From assembly GCA_963575745.1 (NCBI GenBank), contig CAUYUJ010000225.1, positions 434,001-498,000 of the forward strand: a stretch of 64,000 nucleotides of DNA. The letters run 5' to 3'. The stretch's first letter is position 1, and each line of letters begins with the position of its first letter. This DNA is from Prorocentrum cordatum (lineage: Eukaryota). This document shows, in pieces, positions 23,120-33,480 of this stretch. The notes below the pieces were generated by a model, which was not told the origin of the DNA, searched no databases, and worked only from the letters and a program-made list of their open reading frames with translations. Position numbers and translations under genes: made by a program.

Positions 23120-24461
23120 CTTCAGCATAGTGCGGACGCACTGTCTCGCACACGGCCTCCACAACTGCCTCCAGACGAGGTTTGTTAGCCTTCACCCTTA
23201 CGTACGCCTGGTAGAAGGTGTCCGTCGCAGTCAGAACCGCCCCCGCGGTCAAAGTCGCGCTCTTCTCCCCCCCGTGGGCCTCCGCTGCTGCGGGGGCCAA
23301 TATGCGACGGACATACCCCAACAAAGAATTGAGCTCCTGTATCCGACTGTTGCCCTCGCTGTGTCCCCAAGCCGTTTCCGGCGCGGGGCATCGTCCGCAC
23401 CTCGGCTCTTGCGAGTGCGCCCTCATGACAGGGGCTACCTTCACATGGGGACAATCTATGGGGAGTAGGTTGAGAACGCCCCAGGTGGCTGGTGCCAGGG
23501 AGCGTATTTTGTGATCCACCCAACGTCGATCATAATCTAGAATTTGCGGTATGAGCTGCCCTGATGCGGCCCCCACGTTGATGACGAAAGTAAACATGTC
23601 CTCGAACCATTTGGCCTTGGCGTACTCGGGATGTCGTTGCGCGCAAGCCTTGAGAACAGTTTCGTACGAGATATTCACCGGGTGTCCTGTCTCAGATCCG
23701 CACGATGCTTTCTTGCCCGCCGCTGCTGCGGTGGCGACGAAATCAGCGACGGACGTCAGGACCTCGATTTCGTGAGAGGTCATACCTTTTCCCTGTGGGT
23801 CGTTCAGGGCCGCGGAAATGATCGCGGGGCCTTGCGCGAAGACGGCATCGAAGTGAATTTCCCACGAGAGCACCTCGCAAAGCAAACCGTTATCGAGCAC
23901 GTCCATGAGTTCTGCGAACTTCGGTGCGCGACGCATTTTTGGGATATCCCAGGAGCCACCTGTACCTGTCTGGAACTCCTCCAAACCACATCCTTTGTGG
24001 TCTTCGGGAATGACCCACACTGCGCCGTGCTTGAGGTTCAGCAGACCAAGGAGTAGGGTGCAGTGGCTCAGCGCCCCGTAGTTGAACGTTGACAAGCTTG
24101 TGCACGCCGAGCGTAGAGCCTCCACGGACTTCGTTTTCTGCAAGTTGTGGTCCGCGCGCGCCGTGTACGGCCTGCCATGGAGGCGCTCGTAATCGGCCTT
24201 CTTCCCCGCAGGGAGTTCCTGAACAACCACTGCTTCGTGCTGCGCCTCGTTCAAGAGGAACCTGTCTTTCAGAATGCCACACAGGAGATTAACCACTCTG
24301 GCAGCGGAGGGGTACGTCCCACCTCTGTTCTGCGGGTGGACGCAGATATCCTCCAAGGAAATGTTGGCCTTCAGCCGCTGGCCCTCGGAGTCCTTCAAGG
24401 CATAGCGGCTGCGCAAGGTGGCGGCATCATTCAGGGGACCTGACTTGATGTCCTCGGACAT
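23120..24461 (-). CDS. Second, gap-truncated copy of the 830-aa protein gene
   Basis: 23120-24700 repeats ~21392-22990 with a few substitutions (e.g. KGSEG/KDSEG, AKISL/ANISL). Confidence 0.7.
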
Positions 24462-24653
24462 CTATCCAGGCGCCCCCGCTGCTGCGGGGGCAGCTTCCCA
24501 AACAGATGCTCCGCGACGGTTGCCCCCGCTGCTGCGGGGCCCCGCTTAAAGCACGAGTGCCTGTCGCGCGCGCGGACAGGAGGAGGGGCCTCACGGATCC
24601 GCGGCCTGCCCGCACTTGAGCAAAAGGAGAAGGAGAGGAAAGGCAGATAGAGG

Positions 24654-24737
<84 letters not shown>

Positions 24738-25238
24738 GAACGGCGGGTCGACGCGGCCTTCTCAGTTTTTCGATACGCGCACATCCGCCTGAACAGGAGA
24801 AGCATTGATACATCGGCCCCCCCCTGTGTGAGAGAAAGGTTGCCCACCCCGAACCCATCTGTGAGAGAAAGGGGCGCTGTGAGAGTTGCGTGTATGGAAG
24901 CGATGATCACTACAAAGACATAATGACGGGCGGGAGGTTGCAGGAGGGAGTGCAAGGGGAAGCGAAGCAAAGGAGAGAGCAGGACACAAGTGACAGCACA
25001 GATGTCGTGTTTTCCCCCACACCGCATGCGATGCCGCACGCGACGCGCGAAACCGCGCTCCCCCGCGCGCGCGCGAGTGCGCCCCTCCGCCGAGGTCACC
25101 CCCCCTCGGCGAAATTCTCGCGACATCCCTCCGCTGCTGCGGAGGGGCGTTCCCCTTGTGCGCTCGGGATGTCGCGGTCATCCTGAGGACCGTACAATCA
25201 ACCATGTGGGGGCACTGTCGTGTTCATCCGCCCCGTAA

Positions 25239-26948
25239 TTACATGCGAAGGGGGTCGGCGCCTTCTTGCCAGGAGCTGCCGACTGGCGGCATCTTGGACC
25301 CTAGTTTGTACCAGTTGCCCCAATGGTCGCGGTACCAAAGTGCCTGATCGAACCCATCGTCATCTTCCACGCCTGTCCTCCGAGCAGTCTTCTCATCCCA
25401 CAACCCACCACGCTCCAAGACAGCAGCCCCCGCTGCTGCGAGGGCTACAGCAGCCCCCGCTACTGCGAGGGTTTGTTTCTTGGAGCTCGCCTTGCGCCGA
25501 GCTAGCGGCCGCGCGGCCGCCTCCGCCGACGCTGCCGTGGGTCGAGCCGCCGCCCCAGCGCGCTTGCTCGAATGAGGTCTGTGGTCCGGTTTCCGAAAAC
25601 CCCTCTTCTCGCCGACGCGGCATCGTCCCGTCCTTGTGTCGGGTTTCCTATTCCTCTTCTCGCCGACGCGGCATCGCCCGATCCTTGTGTCGGGCTTCCT
25701 AACCTTCATGGCTGGCGATCTCGAACCCAAACGGCACGGCAGAGATTGGGAGCGGGACAAAGAGCTGACACATGGAGCGGGACAGGGGCGGGGAGCCCAG
25801 GACGGGCAGCAGGACCGACCACGGGACCGGGACCGGGACCAGCACCCCCGTTCCCGGTCCCGGTCCCGGTCCCGGCCCCGGTCCCGGTCCCGGTCCCGTG
25901 GTCGGTTCTGCTGCTCGTCCAGGGCTCCCCGTCCCTGTCCCGCTCCCGGTCCCGGTCCCGCTCTCCCCCTGGTCCCGGTCCCGGTCCCGGTGTCGGTCCT
26001 GGTCCCTGCAGGACCCCTCCTCCTCCTCCTCCTCTCGCTCGTCCTCCTTTCCCCCCCAGCAAAAAGCAAACGACGGCGACGAGCGCGGCGACAACGACCG
26101 CGATTTCTTCAGCCGCTCAATGCGAGCGCCTGCCTCCTCGCGCGCGCGCGCGCGCCGAGCCCGCGCCTCAGATCTCTTATGATAACCCCCGCTGCTGCGG
26201 AGACCACCCCCGCTGCTGCGGAGGTCTCCGCAGCCGCGCGCCGTCAGCTGGAGTCGCTTGAAGGGCTGCGGCGCCGCGACAATGCCTCGAACGCGTCACT
26301 GTTGAACGCAAACGTGTCCGCAGGAAGCGGCGACTCCCTGGAGAGGAGCTGCGGCGGGGGAGGCTGCGGCGGCGGCCTCGGGACGAGCGGCGCTGCCAGA
26401 GGGCGGGGCGTCTGCGACTCTCTTGGCAGGAGCCGCTTCGGCGGAGGGTGCGGCGGCTGGCTCGGGACGAGCCGCGGTGGCGTAGGGTGCGGTGTCTCCT
26501 CCAGCGGGGGGGCCCCGCGGCGTCCTCCTCCACGCGGGGGAGATGGCGGTGGTGGTGGCATCATTGGCGGCATGCCTGGCGGACGGCATATCTGGCCTGG
26601 GAGGAGCGGGCGCCATGCCCTCGGCCTCAGCATCACCTGACCTGTGTGGGGTGGGTGCGCGGGCGGCGTGGGCAGGAACCGCCCTGCCCACGCCGCCCTG
26701 CGGTCGCCGCCCTCCACCTGCCCACTGCGTCTGGAGCGGCTGCGCCCCCTCTGCTCCTGCCCTCTGCGTCTGGAGCGGCTGCGCCCCCGCTGCTGCGAGG
26801 GCACTCTCCTCATTCGGTCTTTGCTCCTCTGCTCCCGCTTTCTGCGTGTGGAACGGCTGCCCCCCCGCTGCTGCGAGGGCTTCGTCCTCTTTGGGGTTCT
26901 GCTCCTGATATCTTTCTTCTTGTTCTTCTTCTTCTTGTTTTTCTTCAT
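25239..26948 (-). CDS. Possible Arg/Ser/Pro-rich low-complexity cargo gene (frames uncertain)
   Basis: ORFs 26244..26948 and 25239..26069 are RS/RD-rich; only the end (DQALWYRDHWGNWYKLG) looks globular. Confidence 0.3.
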
Positions 26949-27110
26949 CTTCTCCTTCTCCTTCTTCTCCTCCCTCTCACCTCTGTCAGGGTTGCTCTGT
27001 TCGTCCTGGGGCGGCGTGGGGCTGCAGAGGTCGACGGCGTCGCGCCCGTCGCCCTCAAGCTCCTCCTGGGCTCCGTGCGCCCCCGCTGATGCGGAGGCTG
27101 CTGCTTCAGA

Positions 27111-28970
27111 TTATGTCTCCGCCTCCTCCCGGTCTCCGTGCGCCTCCGCTGCTGCTGAGGCTGTTGCTTCGGGTTCTGTCTCCGCCCACTCTCCCCGCTG
27201 TTTTTCCCACTTGGCTTCCCGCTTCCGATCCTTCTTCCTGGCCGCGGCGCCTTTGCCAGACTTCCTGTTCTTGGCTTCTATAAAAACGAACCATGTGTGG
27301 CAATGTTCCGTGAGGCGGTTCGCATCCTGGGCCTTGTGGATCACCCTGTGCAAGTGCGGCCAGTCATATGTATCCTGCTCCTTGCGCTCCGCGTCCGTGA
27401 GCCTGACCCAGGTCGGACGCGCCACCCAATCCAACTGGCGGTACTGCAGGCTGGTGAGGAGCCTCCGCTGCTGCGGAGGCTGGGAATCCTGATTCAACCA
27501 GTGCGGCAGATCAGGCTGCCCGCCCGCAGGGCACTCGCGAACCTGAGCGGGGCCAAGAATCACGATGTAGTGCGGGTGCGTCACGTGACAACCTTTTGTC
27601 GGACACCACAAAGCCAAGCCGAGTACGCCTGTACCAGACGCGCCGCAACTTCTGAGCAGCTCCGAAAGATCCTCCCTGCCTGCGTCAAAGATCCCAGCGA
27701 GAATACGCACTCGGTTCCACAACACCAGGTTCCGCAGCCCGTTGCGGAAGTTCTCGGGCCACGGGTGTCCCGCGAGGCTCGTCTGGTGTCGGAAGAACAC
27801 GCCCCCCACTGCTATGGAGAGTTTGCCTTCCTTTGCTTTCGGATTGTGAGCCACCGCTGCCAGGGTCACCGACCAGGCCTGAACCAGGAACTTCCCGTGG
27901 CAGTGCCAGCGAAGCACCTCGCACTGCTCGACGCGCTCGGGAACCCAGAGGAGAGCCCCGACGCACTCGCGCGCGACCTCCCCGTGGAAGCCACTTTGGC
28001 GGATGAGATCGTCGAGATGTTGCTTCCGCCGATCGCGATTGATGCGTGCACCAGGCTCGAAGGAGACGAAGACGACCCCTTCGCGCCTGTCCCTGACAGC
28101 TGCGACCCAATCCGACAGGGAGGCGCCCGCGCGCAGGACGAGGGAAGCAAAAGCCAGATTCACGCGCGCCTCTGTCTGCCCCTCCTGCACCTGGTCTTCG
28201 TCGTCGTACAGCAGGGGCACAAGAGGCTTGGAATGGCTCGGGCCGCGCTCTTCCAATGGGAAGTGCGGGCGGCCTTCCTCTGGGAAGCCCTCTTGGACAG
28301 GAAGCGCTGGCGACCGAGCCTTCGAGGTCAAGGCGAGAGTCTTGATCGCGCGGGCCCCCGCTGCTGCGGAGGAGCTTTCACGCAGTTTGCGTGCTGCGAT
28401 CAGAGCCTGCCGCTGTCGCCAATTAGTCGTGCAGGGAGATCTCGGTCTCGGGTCATCGGAGCCACCCTGTCCAGGCTCGATTACCACTGTGGCGGCGCCT
28501 GGCTCCACGGATGCCCCCGCTGCTGCGCAAGCCGCCTCCTTAGCCGTTATGACTACAAGGCGGTTGGCGGCGGCCGTTAACTTCCGCGCATCTTCGATCA
28601 GGCCATTCTGCATCAATTCCTGAGCAACCAGCAGGCTCTGCGAAACGCTTTCCTGGGCACCAGACATCGACGAAAACAATGACCGAAGTTTCGTTGCAAC
28701 CTCCCCCCCCGCTGCTGCGGAGGCCGGTGCTGGATCTGCCATTCCATGCGGAACTGCATCAGGGGCCTCCTCTGGCAGCCCCCGCTGCTGCGGAGACTTC
28801 GGCAGAGGTTCCTGCGCGGCTCCAGTCGCGCCAGGCTGCTCCATGCCCTGGGCCGCTCCCGTCGCGGAGGCGGGCGGGCGCGGCGGGGGGCAGACCTGCA
28901 ACGGCTGCGGATTCACTTTATCGCAATGCCATCCCTCCCTGCGCTCAAATGACTTTTCCCCTTGCGCCAC
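27111..28970 (-). CDS. 619-aa cargo protein; C-terminal half looks like a degenerate EEP-fold paralog
   Basis: Intact ORF. HPWPENFRNGLRNLVLWNRVRILAGIFDAGREDLSELLRSCG parallels HKTWWPRLATILQDNSVDILCGDFNMALTQTLPSLRGLG of 6327..8384. Confidence 0.6.
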   Translation of the reverse strand: MAQGEKSFERREGWHCDKVNPQPLQVCPPPRPPASATGAAQGMEQPGATGAAQEPLPKSPQQRGLPEEAPDAVPHGMADPAPASAAAGGEVATKLRSLFSSMSGAQESVSQSLLVAQELMQNGLIEDARKLTAAANRLVVITAKEAACAAAGASVEPGAATVVIEPGQGGSDDPRPRSPCTTNWRQRQALIAARKLRESSSAAAGARAIKTLALTSKARSPALPVQEGFPEEGRPHFPLEERGPSHSKPLVPLLYDDEDQVQEGQTEARVNLAFASLVLRAGASLSDWVAAVRDRREGVVFVSFEPGARINRDRRKQHLDDLIRQSGFHGEVARECVGALLWVPERVEQCEVLRWHCHGKFLVQAWSVTLAAVAHNPKAKEGKLSIAVGGVFFRHQTSLAGHPWPENFRNGLRNLVLWNRVRILAGIFDAGREDLSELLRSCGASGTGVLGLALWCPTKGCHVTHPHYIVILGPAQVRECPAGGQPDLPHWLNQDSQPPQQRRLLTSLQYRQLDWVARPTWVRLTDAERKEQDTYDWPHLHRVIHKAQDANRLTEHCHTWFVFIEAKNRKSGKGAAARKKDRKREAKWEKQRGEWAETEPEATASAAAEAHGDREEAET

Positions 28971-30337
28971 TCTGCTGCTCCCACTTCTGAACTACCTCAT
29001 CCCTTCTACCTCTGCCTGCTCCCTCCTCTTCCTGTTCAGTCCTCCCTCCTCCCTCCACCGCGCTCATTTCTCCTTGCTCCCTTCTCTGCTCCTCCTACGT
29101 GGGGCGTTTCACGACAACGACGACGACGACGCCGACGAGAACGATGACCACGACGGCGACAACGAGGGCAACGACGACCACGACGACGACGACGAGGACG
29201 ATGACCACGACGGCTACCAGCGACGACGACTAGCGACGACGACGATCGACGACGACGACGCCGACCACGACGACGACGGCGAGGACGACAACGAGCGACG
29301 ACGACGACGACAACCGACGCCGACGAGGAACGACGACGACGAACGAGGACGACGATTACGACGACGAGATGACGAAGGATCGAAGATCGAACCTCGAAGT
29401 GCGAAGCTTCGAAATTCAAACTTCGATCTTCGAACTCCGAACTTCCAGCTTCTAACTGCGAACGTCGCTGGGGTGCCAGGGATGGACTGGGATGGAGGGA
29501 AAATGGGAAGGAAAAGCGAGGAAGCGGGAGAGGAAGTTGGAGGAGAACGAACAGGCGTGGAGCGACGAGGAACGGGCGGCGAGGAGCCGACGTTGAGGGC
29601 GGCGGGATGGGGGGACAGGGAGGAGAGGGGAGACTTCAAGACGAAAATCGCGCCACGGCGCCTGCGCGCGCGCTCCCGATCTCGGCGGCCGACGCGCGCG
29701 CCCCTGCAGACATGCAACGCGCCCTTAATTCGAGCCCCGCTGCTGCGGAGCCACCTACTCCACAACCAAATCGTCTGGGGAGCTGTTCGGACCCCAAACT
29801 ACTAGTTCTTCAGCCACTCGGCTCTTGCGAGTCCGCCCTCATGACAAGGGCAACCTTCACATGGGGACACTCAATGGGGTGTTGATTGAGAACGCCCCAT
29901 GTGGCTGGTGGCAGGAACGGACGAGGGGGGGCGGATAGAGGAGCAGGACGAGCACTGGCAGGGGATATGCACCAGGAGAGAGATCTCATGGAGGAAGAGG
30001 AGGGGAGGGGACGAGAGCCACTCATAATTAAGCGCACGCAGGCCCACGCACGTGCTCCATTTCTCAGCGACCGCCGCGCCGCCATGAGAACTGTCGTACC
30101 ACCGCCGCTAATGCGGCGGATGCGTGACCTCTCCCATCCCTGTCCTGCGCTGTTTCTGCTACCGCCCTCCCCCCTTCCAGCCAAGCTCGGGTTTCATGCT
30201 CGGAGACGGGCGCGGCTGGCGGCTCTTAGTGCGGGTGCGCGTGCTGCCTCCAACTCCTCATCCCCCTCCTCCTCCTCTCCTCATCCCCCCTCCTCTTCCT
30301 CCTCATCCTCCTCTATCGGCCCAGCTCCGATCGCCGC

Positions 30338-30637
30338 TCAGCTCTCCTGGTGCGGCTGGCGGCAAAAGTACCGAATATTGCCTGGGATGTCCTTCACCTT
30401 CTTCTTCGACATCTCAAGCATCATCTTGCCCATCTCCTCGGTACGGCGCGCCTCCCCCATCATCTGCCGCGCCTGGTCGACGAGCATCTGGCCCTTCACT
30501 CCAACGGCGCGTGCGTGGCGGCAACGATTGCGCCACTGGAGAAACCGCGCCACCATGGTCGCCCAGTGCCAAACACTGCCCTCCGTCGTGATGAGCTCGA
30601 AGTCATCGACGTCGTACTTGCCCGCGATGCTCGCCAT
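30338..30637 (-). CDS. Small hypothetical protein, 99 aa
   Basis: ATG-started, normal composition, same strand as the other cargo ORFs. Confidence 0.35.
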   Translation of the reverse strand: MASIAGKYDVDDFELITTEGSVWHWATMVARFLQWRNRCRHARAVGVKGQMLVDQARQMMGEARRTEEMGKMMLEMSKKKVKDIPGNIRYFCRQPHQES

Positions 30638-31521
30638 AGCGGCGCAAAAACCGCGAAGGAGCCTCCTCTGGCAGTCCCCGCTGCTGCGGAGACTTCGGCA
30701 GAGGCTCCTGCGCGGCTCCAGTCGCGGAGGCGGGCGGGCGCGGCGGGAGGCAGACCTGCAACGGCTGCGGCTTCACTTTATCGCATTTCCATCCCTCCCT
30801 GCACTCACATGGCTTTTCCCATTGCGCCAGTCTGCTGCTCCCACTTCTGAACTACCTCATCCCTTCTACCTCCATCTGTACCCTCCTCTTCCTGTTCAAT
30901 CCTCCCTCCTCCCTCCACCGTGCTCATTTCTCCTTACTCCCTTCTCTGCTCCTCCTACGTGGGGCGTTTCACGACAACGACGACGACGATGACCACGACG
31001 GCGACAACGAGGGCGACGACGACCACGACGACGACGACGAGGACGATGACCACGACGGCGACCAGCGACGACGACTAGCGACGACAACGACCGACGACGA
31101 CGACGCCGACCACGACGACGACGGCGACGACGACAACGAGCGACGACGACAACGACAATCGACGCCGACGAGGAACGACGACGACGAACGAGGACGACGA
31201 TTACGACGACGAGATGACGAAGGTTCGAAGATCGAACCTCGAAGTGCGAAGCTTCGAAATTCAAACTGCGACCTTCGAACTCCGAACTTCAAACTTCGAA
31301 CTGCGAACTTCGCTGGGGTGCGCGGGATGGGGGGACAGGGAGGAGAGGGGAGACTTCTTAACGAAGATCGCGCCACGGCGCCTGCACGAGCGCTCCCGAT
31401 CTCGGCGGCCGACGCGCGCGCCCCTGCAGAAATGCAACGCGCCCTTCATTCGAGCCCCGCTGCTGCTGCGGAGCCATCTACTCCGCAACCAAATCGTCTG
31501 GGGAGTTATTCGGTCCCAAAA

Positions 31522-32667
31522 CTACTGTTTGCCACCCGCTGCTGCGGACGCCGAGGGCCTGGTGCTGGACGCCGCGGCCCCGCTGCTGCGGGGCCCCTGA
31601 GAGGGCGTCGGCCTCCCCTTCTCTCTGGCGGCGTCGAACTTGACCTTACGCTCCACACCGAGGTCCTTGTGCCAGCGAAAAGTTCCTGACCCGTCGCTCC
31701 CGCCCAAACCCGCGGTTGGTGGCCTCACCGTGTCCGCGCGGGGGACGAGGGGCAGAGCTTCGACCTTCCTGTCGCCCCAGTGCGGGTGTAAACGGACGCC
31801 TGTCCCGTCGTCGCGGTGCAACACGAAATCCCACATCGGCAGCTTCACTTTCACCCGCTGCCCCGCGAACTGTCGCGCGCGCACAATACTCTGACGCATG
31901 TGGTCGTAGCTGTTTGGCCGGACTTCGAGGGAACAGCCGATCAGAGCCCCGCTGCTGCGGGGCCCCTCCACGACCTCCCTGATATCTTCCTCCCTGAGCG
32001 TCGCCGCCATCTCTTGCCACCGCCAAGGGACTTCCTCGTCGCTTTTGAAACCAAAGCTCGTCCTCGCACCGTGGTCGCAAACAGCGACCATGGTGGGCTC
32101 CGCATTGTCAAACCACTTGGCTTCTGACTCGAACGGGGCAGTTGGGTCTTCATTCAGATGGCGCCACCATTTCAACGCTTGATTGTGTTGCTGAAACGAA
32201 GTGCCGAGCCTCTCTTCATAACTCAAAAAATAATTAACATCAAACTTCTCAAAATCCTGGGGCCCGCGCGCCGCCGCCGCTGCGGTGGCGCGGGGCTCCT
32301 GCGCCGCAGGCGCGGCTCGGGATCCCGACCCCTCTCCTGAAACTGTGTTCCCAGGTTCTGGTGAGTTTCGGAGGGCAGCCCTCACGAAATTATCGAATTC
32401 GGGCATGCCGAGACCAGGGGCGCGGGGGCTCACAACGCTAAGCGCGGCGAAGCGAGACGGCCGTTGAGGCGAGACCGCCGCCGCTGCTGCGGCGGCAGGG
32501 CCATCGCGCCATTTGGCGTCCTCCGTTGGCGTGTGCCCGTCTTGTCGCCAGTCTCTCCAACCCCTCGCTGACCAATCATGGCCGTCCTCCCAGCCACGCC
32601 AGCCGCTGCTGCGGCTATCCCACCATCCTCCCGCGCCATCCCATGTGTATCCGCCTGCATCGCCCAT
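31522..32667 (-). CDS. Hypothetical cargo protein (~381 aa from MGDAGG), Trp-rich N-terminus
   Basis: Intact ORF with a globular-looking core (WDFVLHRDDGTGVRLHPHWG); first gene inside the right TIR. Confidence 0.65.
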   Translation of the reverse strand: MGDAGGYTWDGAGGWWDSRSSGWRGWEDGHDWSARGWRDWRQDGHTPTEDAKWRDGPAAAAAAAVSPQRPSRFAALSVVSPRAPGLGMPEFDNFVRAALRNSPEPGNTVSGEGSGSRAAPAAQEPRATAAAAARGPQDFEKFDVNYFLSYEERLGTSFQQHNQALKWWRHLNEDPTAPFESEAKWFDNAEPTMVAVCDHGARTSFGFKSDEEVPWRWQEMAATLREEDIREVVEGPRSSGALIGCSLEVRPNSYDHMRQSIVRARQFAGQRVKVKLPMWDFVLHRDDGTGVRLHPHWGDRKVEALPLVPRADTVRPPTAGLGGSDGSGTFRWHKDLGVERKVKFDAAREKGRPTPSQGPRSSGAAASSTRPSASAAAGGKQ

Positions 32668-33092
32668 TGCAAGACGATGGCGCAGGCGCGCGTTAGGCCG
32701 CGACGGGCCCAGCTGCACCGGTGCTCGCGGGCGATCCCACGGGCGCGGGATGGTTTGAGCATAGCGGCGGCGGACGACGCGACGTGATTGGACGGCGGAG
32801 AACTTGAAAGGAAGGGGGGTTGGAAACGAATGAACGAAGTGGACGAAGAGCGGAAATCGAACCAGAGGGGAGGCGAAAAAAGAGCGGAAAAGAATAAGGA
32901 CATGCAGACGAAGGAGAGTGACGAGGTAGATGGCGGGCCAGAACGGCAACGGAGGATAATGTGGTGGAAATTGTGAAAAGGACGCATGGAAAAACACGAC
33001 GAGGATCACAGACGCAAAGATGATGAGCGCAGTGGTAGCATGACATATCCGAAATCAAGAAGCAGGATGACGAGGAACGGGATGACGAGCAA

Positions 33093-33202
33093 CTCTGTCG
33101 CAGAGAGCCTCCGAACGCACCCCCTCTGTCACAGAGGGCCTCCGAACGCGCCCCCTCTGTCGCAGAGGGCCTCCGAAAATCACCCCCTCTGTCACAGAGG
33201 GC
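33093..33202. repeat. Right subterminal palindromes CCCTCTGTCRCAGAGGG x4, ~31-bp period
   Basis: Copies near 33093, 33121, 33151 and 33183. Confidence 0.9.
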
Positions 33203-33205
33203 CTC

Positions 33206-33237
33206 AATGATCACTTTAATGCGGCTTCTGGATTAGC
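33206..33237 (-). repeat. Right terminal inverted repeat
   Basis: AATGATCACTTTAATGCGGCTTCTGGAT-TA-GC, the exact reverse complement of 5120-5151. Confidence 0.95.
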
Positions 33238-33480
33238 AGACCGTGGAGGCCTTGGATCAGGAATCCAAGGTCTGGAGCCTTGTGGAGATCCACTTGCGTG
33301 GAACGGGGGGGGCAGAAGTTGTCCGCCTCCAATCACTGTGAGCTCTCAACCCTCCGTCCATCTCCTCTCCCCCCCCCTACTTCCTCCTCCATCCCGCCTC
33401 ACTTCTCCCTCCCCCTCCCTCCCACCTCCCTCCCACCCTTCCCCCGCCTCAGATCCCCTGGGAGAGGGCGGCAGGTGAGC

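Larger units (their letters stand above)
5124..33233 (-). mobile_element. Giant (~28 kb) cargo-carrying pogo/Tc1-mariner-superfamily TIR DNA transposon
   Basis: Perfect inverted repeats at 5124-5151 and 33206-33233, TA outside each (5122-5123, 33234-33235), shared subterminal palindromes at both ends, and an internal DD35D transposase. Caveat: spans the N gap at 23020-23119. Confidence 0.8.

Noticed and set aside
9609..28623. Long plus-strand ORFs inside the element (e.g. 10721..11803, 20994..21812, 27297..28580)
   Set aside because: Antisense shadows of the motif-bearing minus-strand genes in GC-rich DNA.
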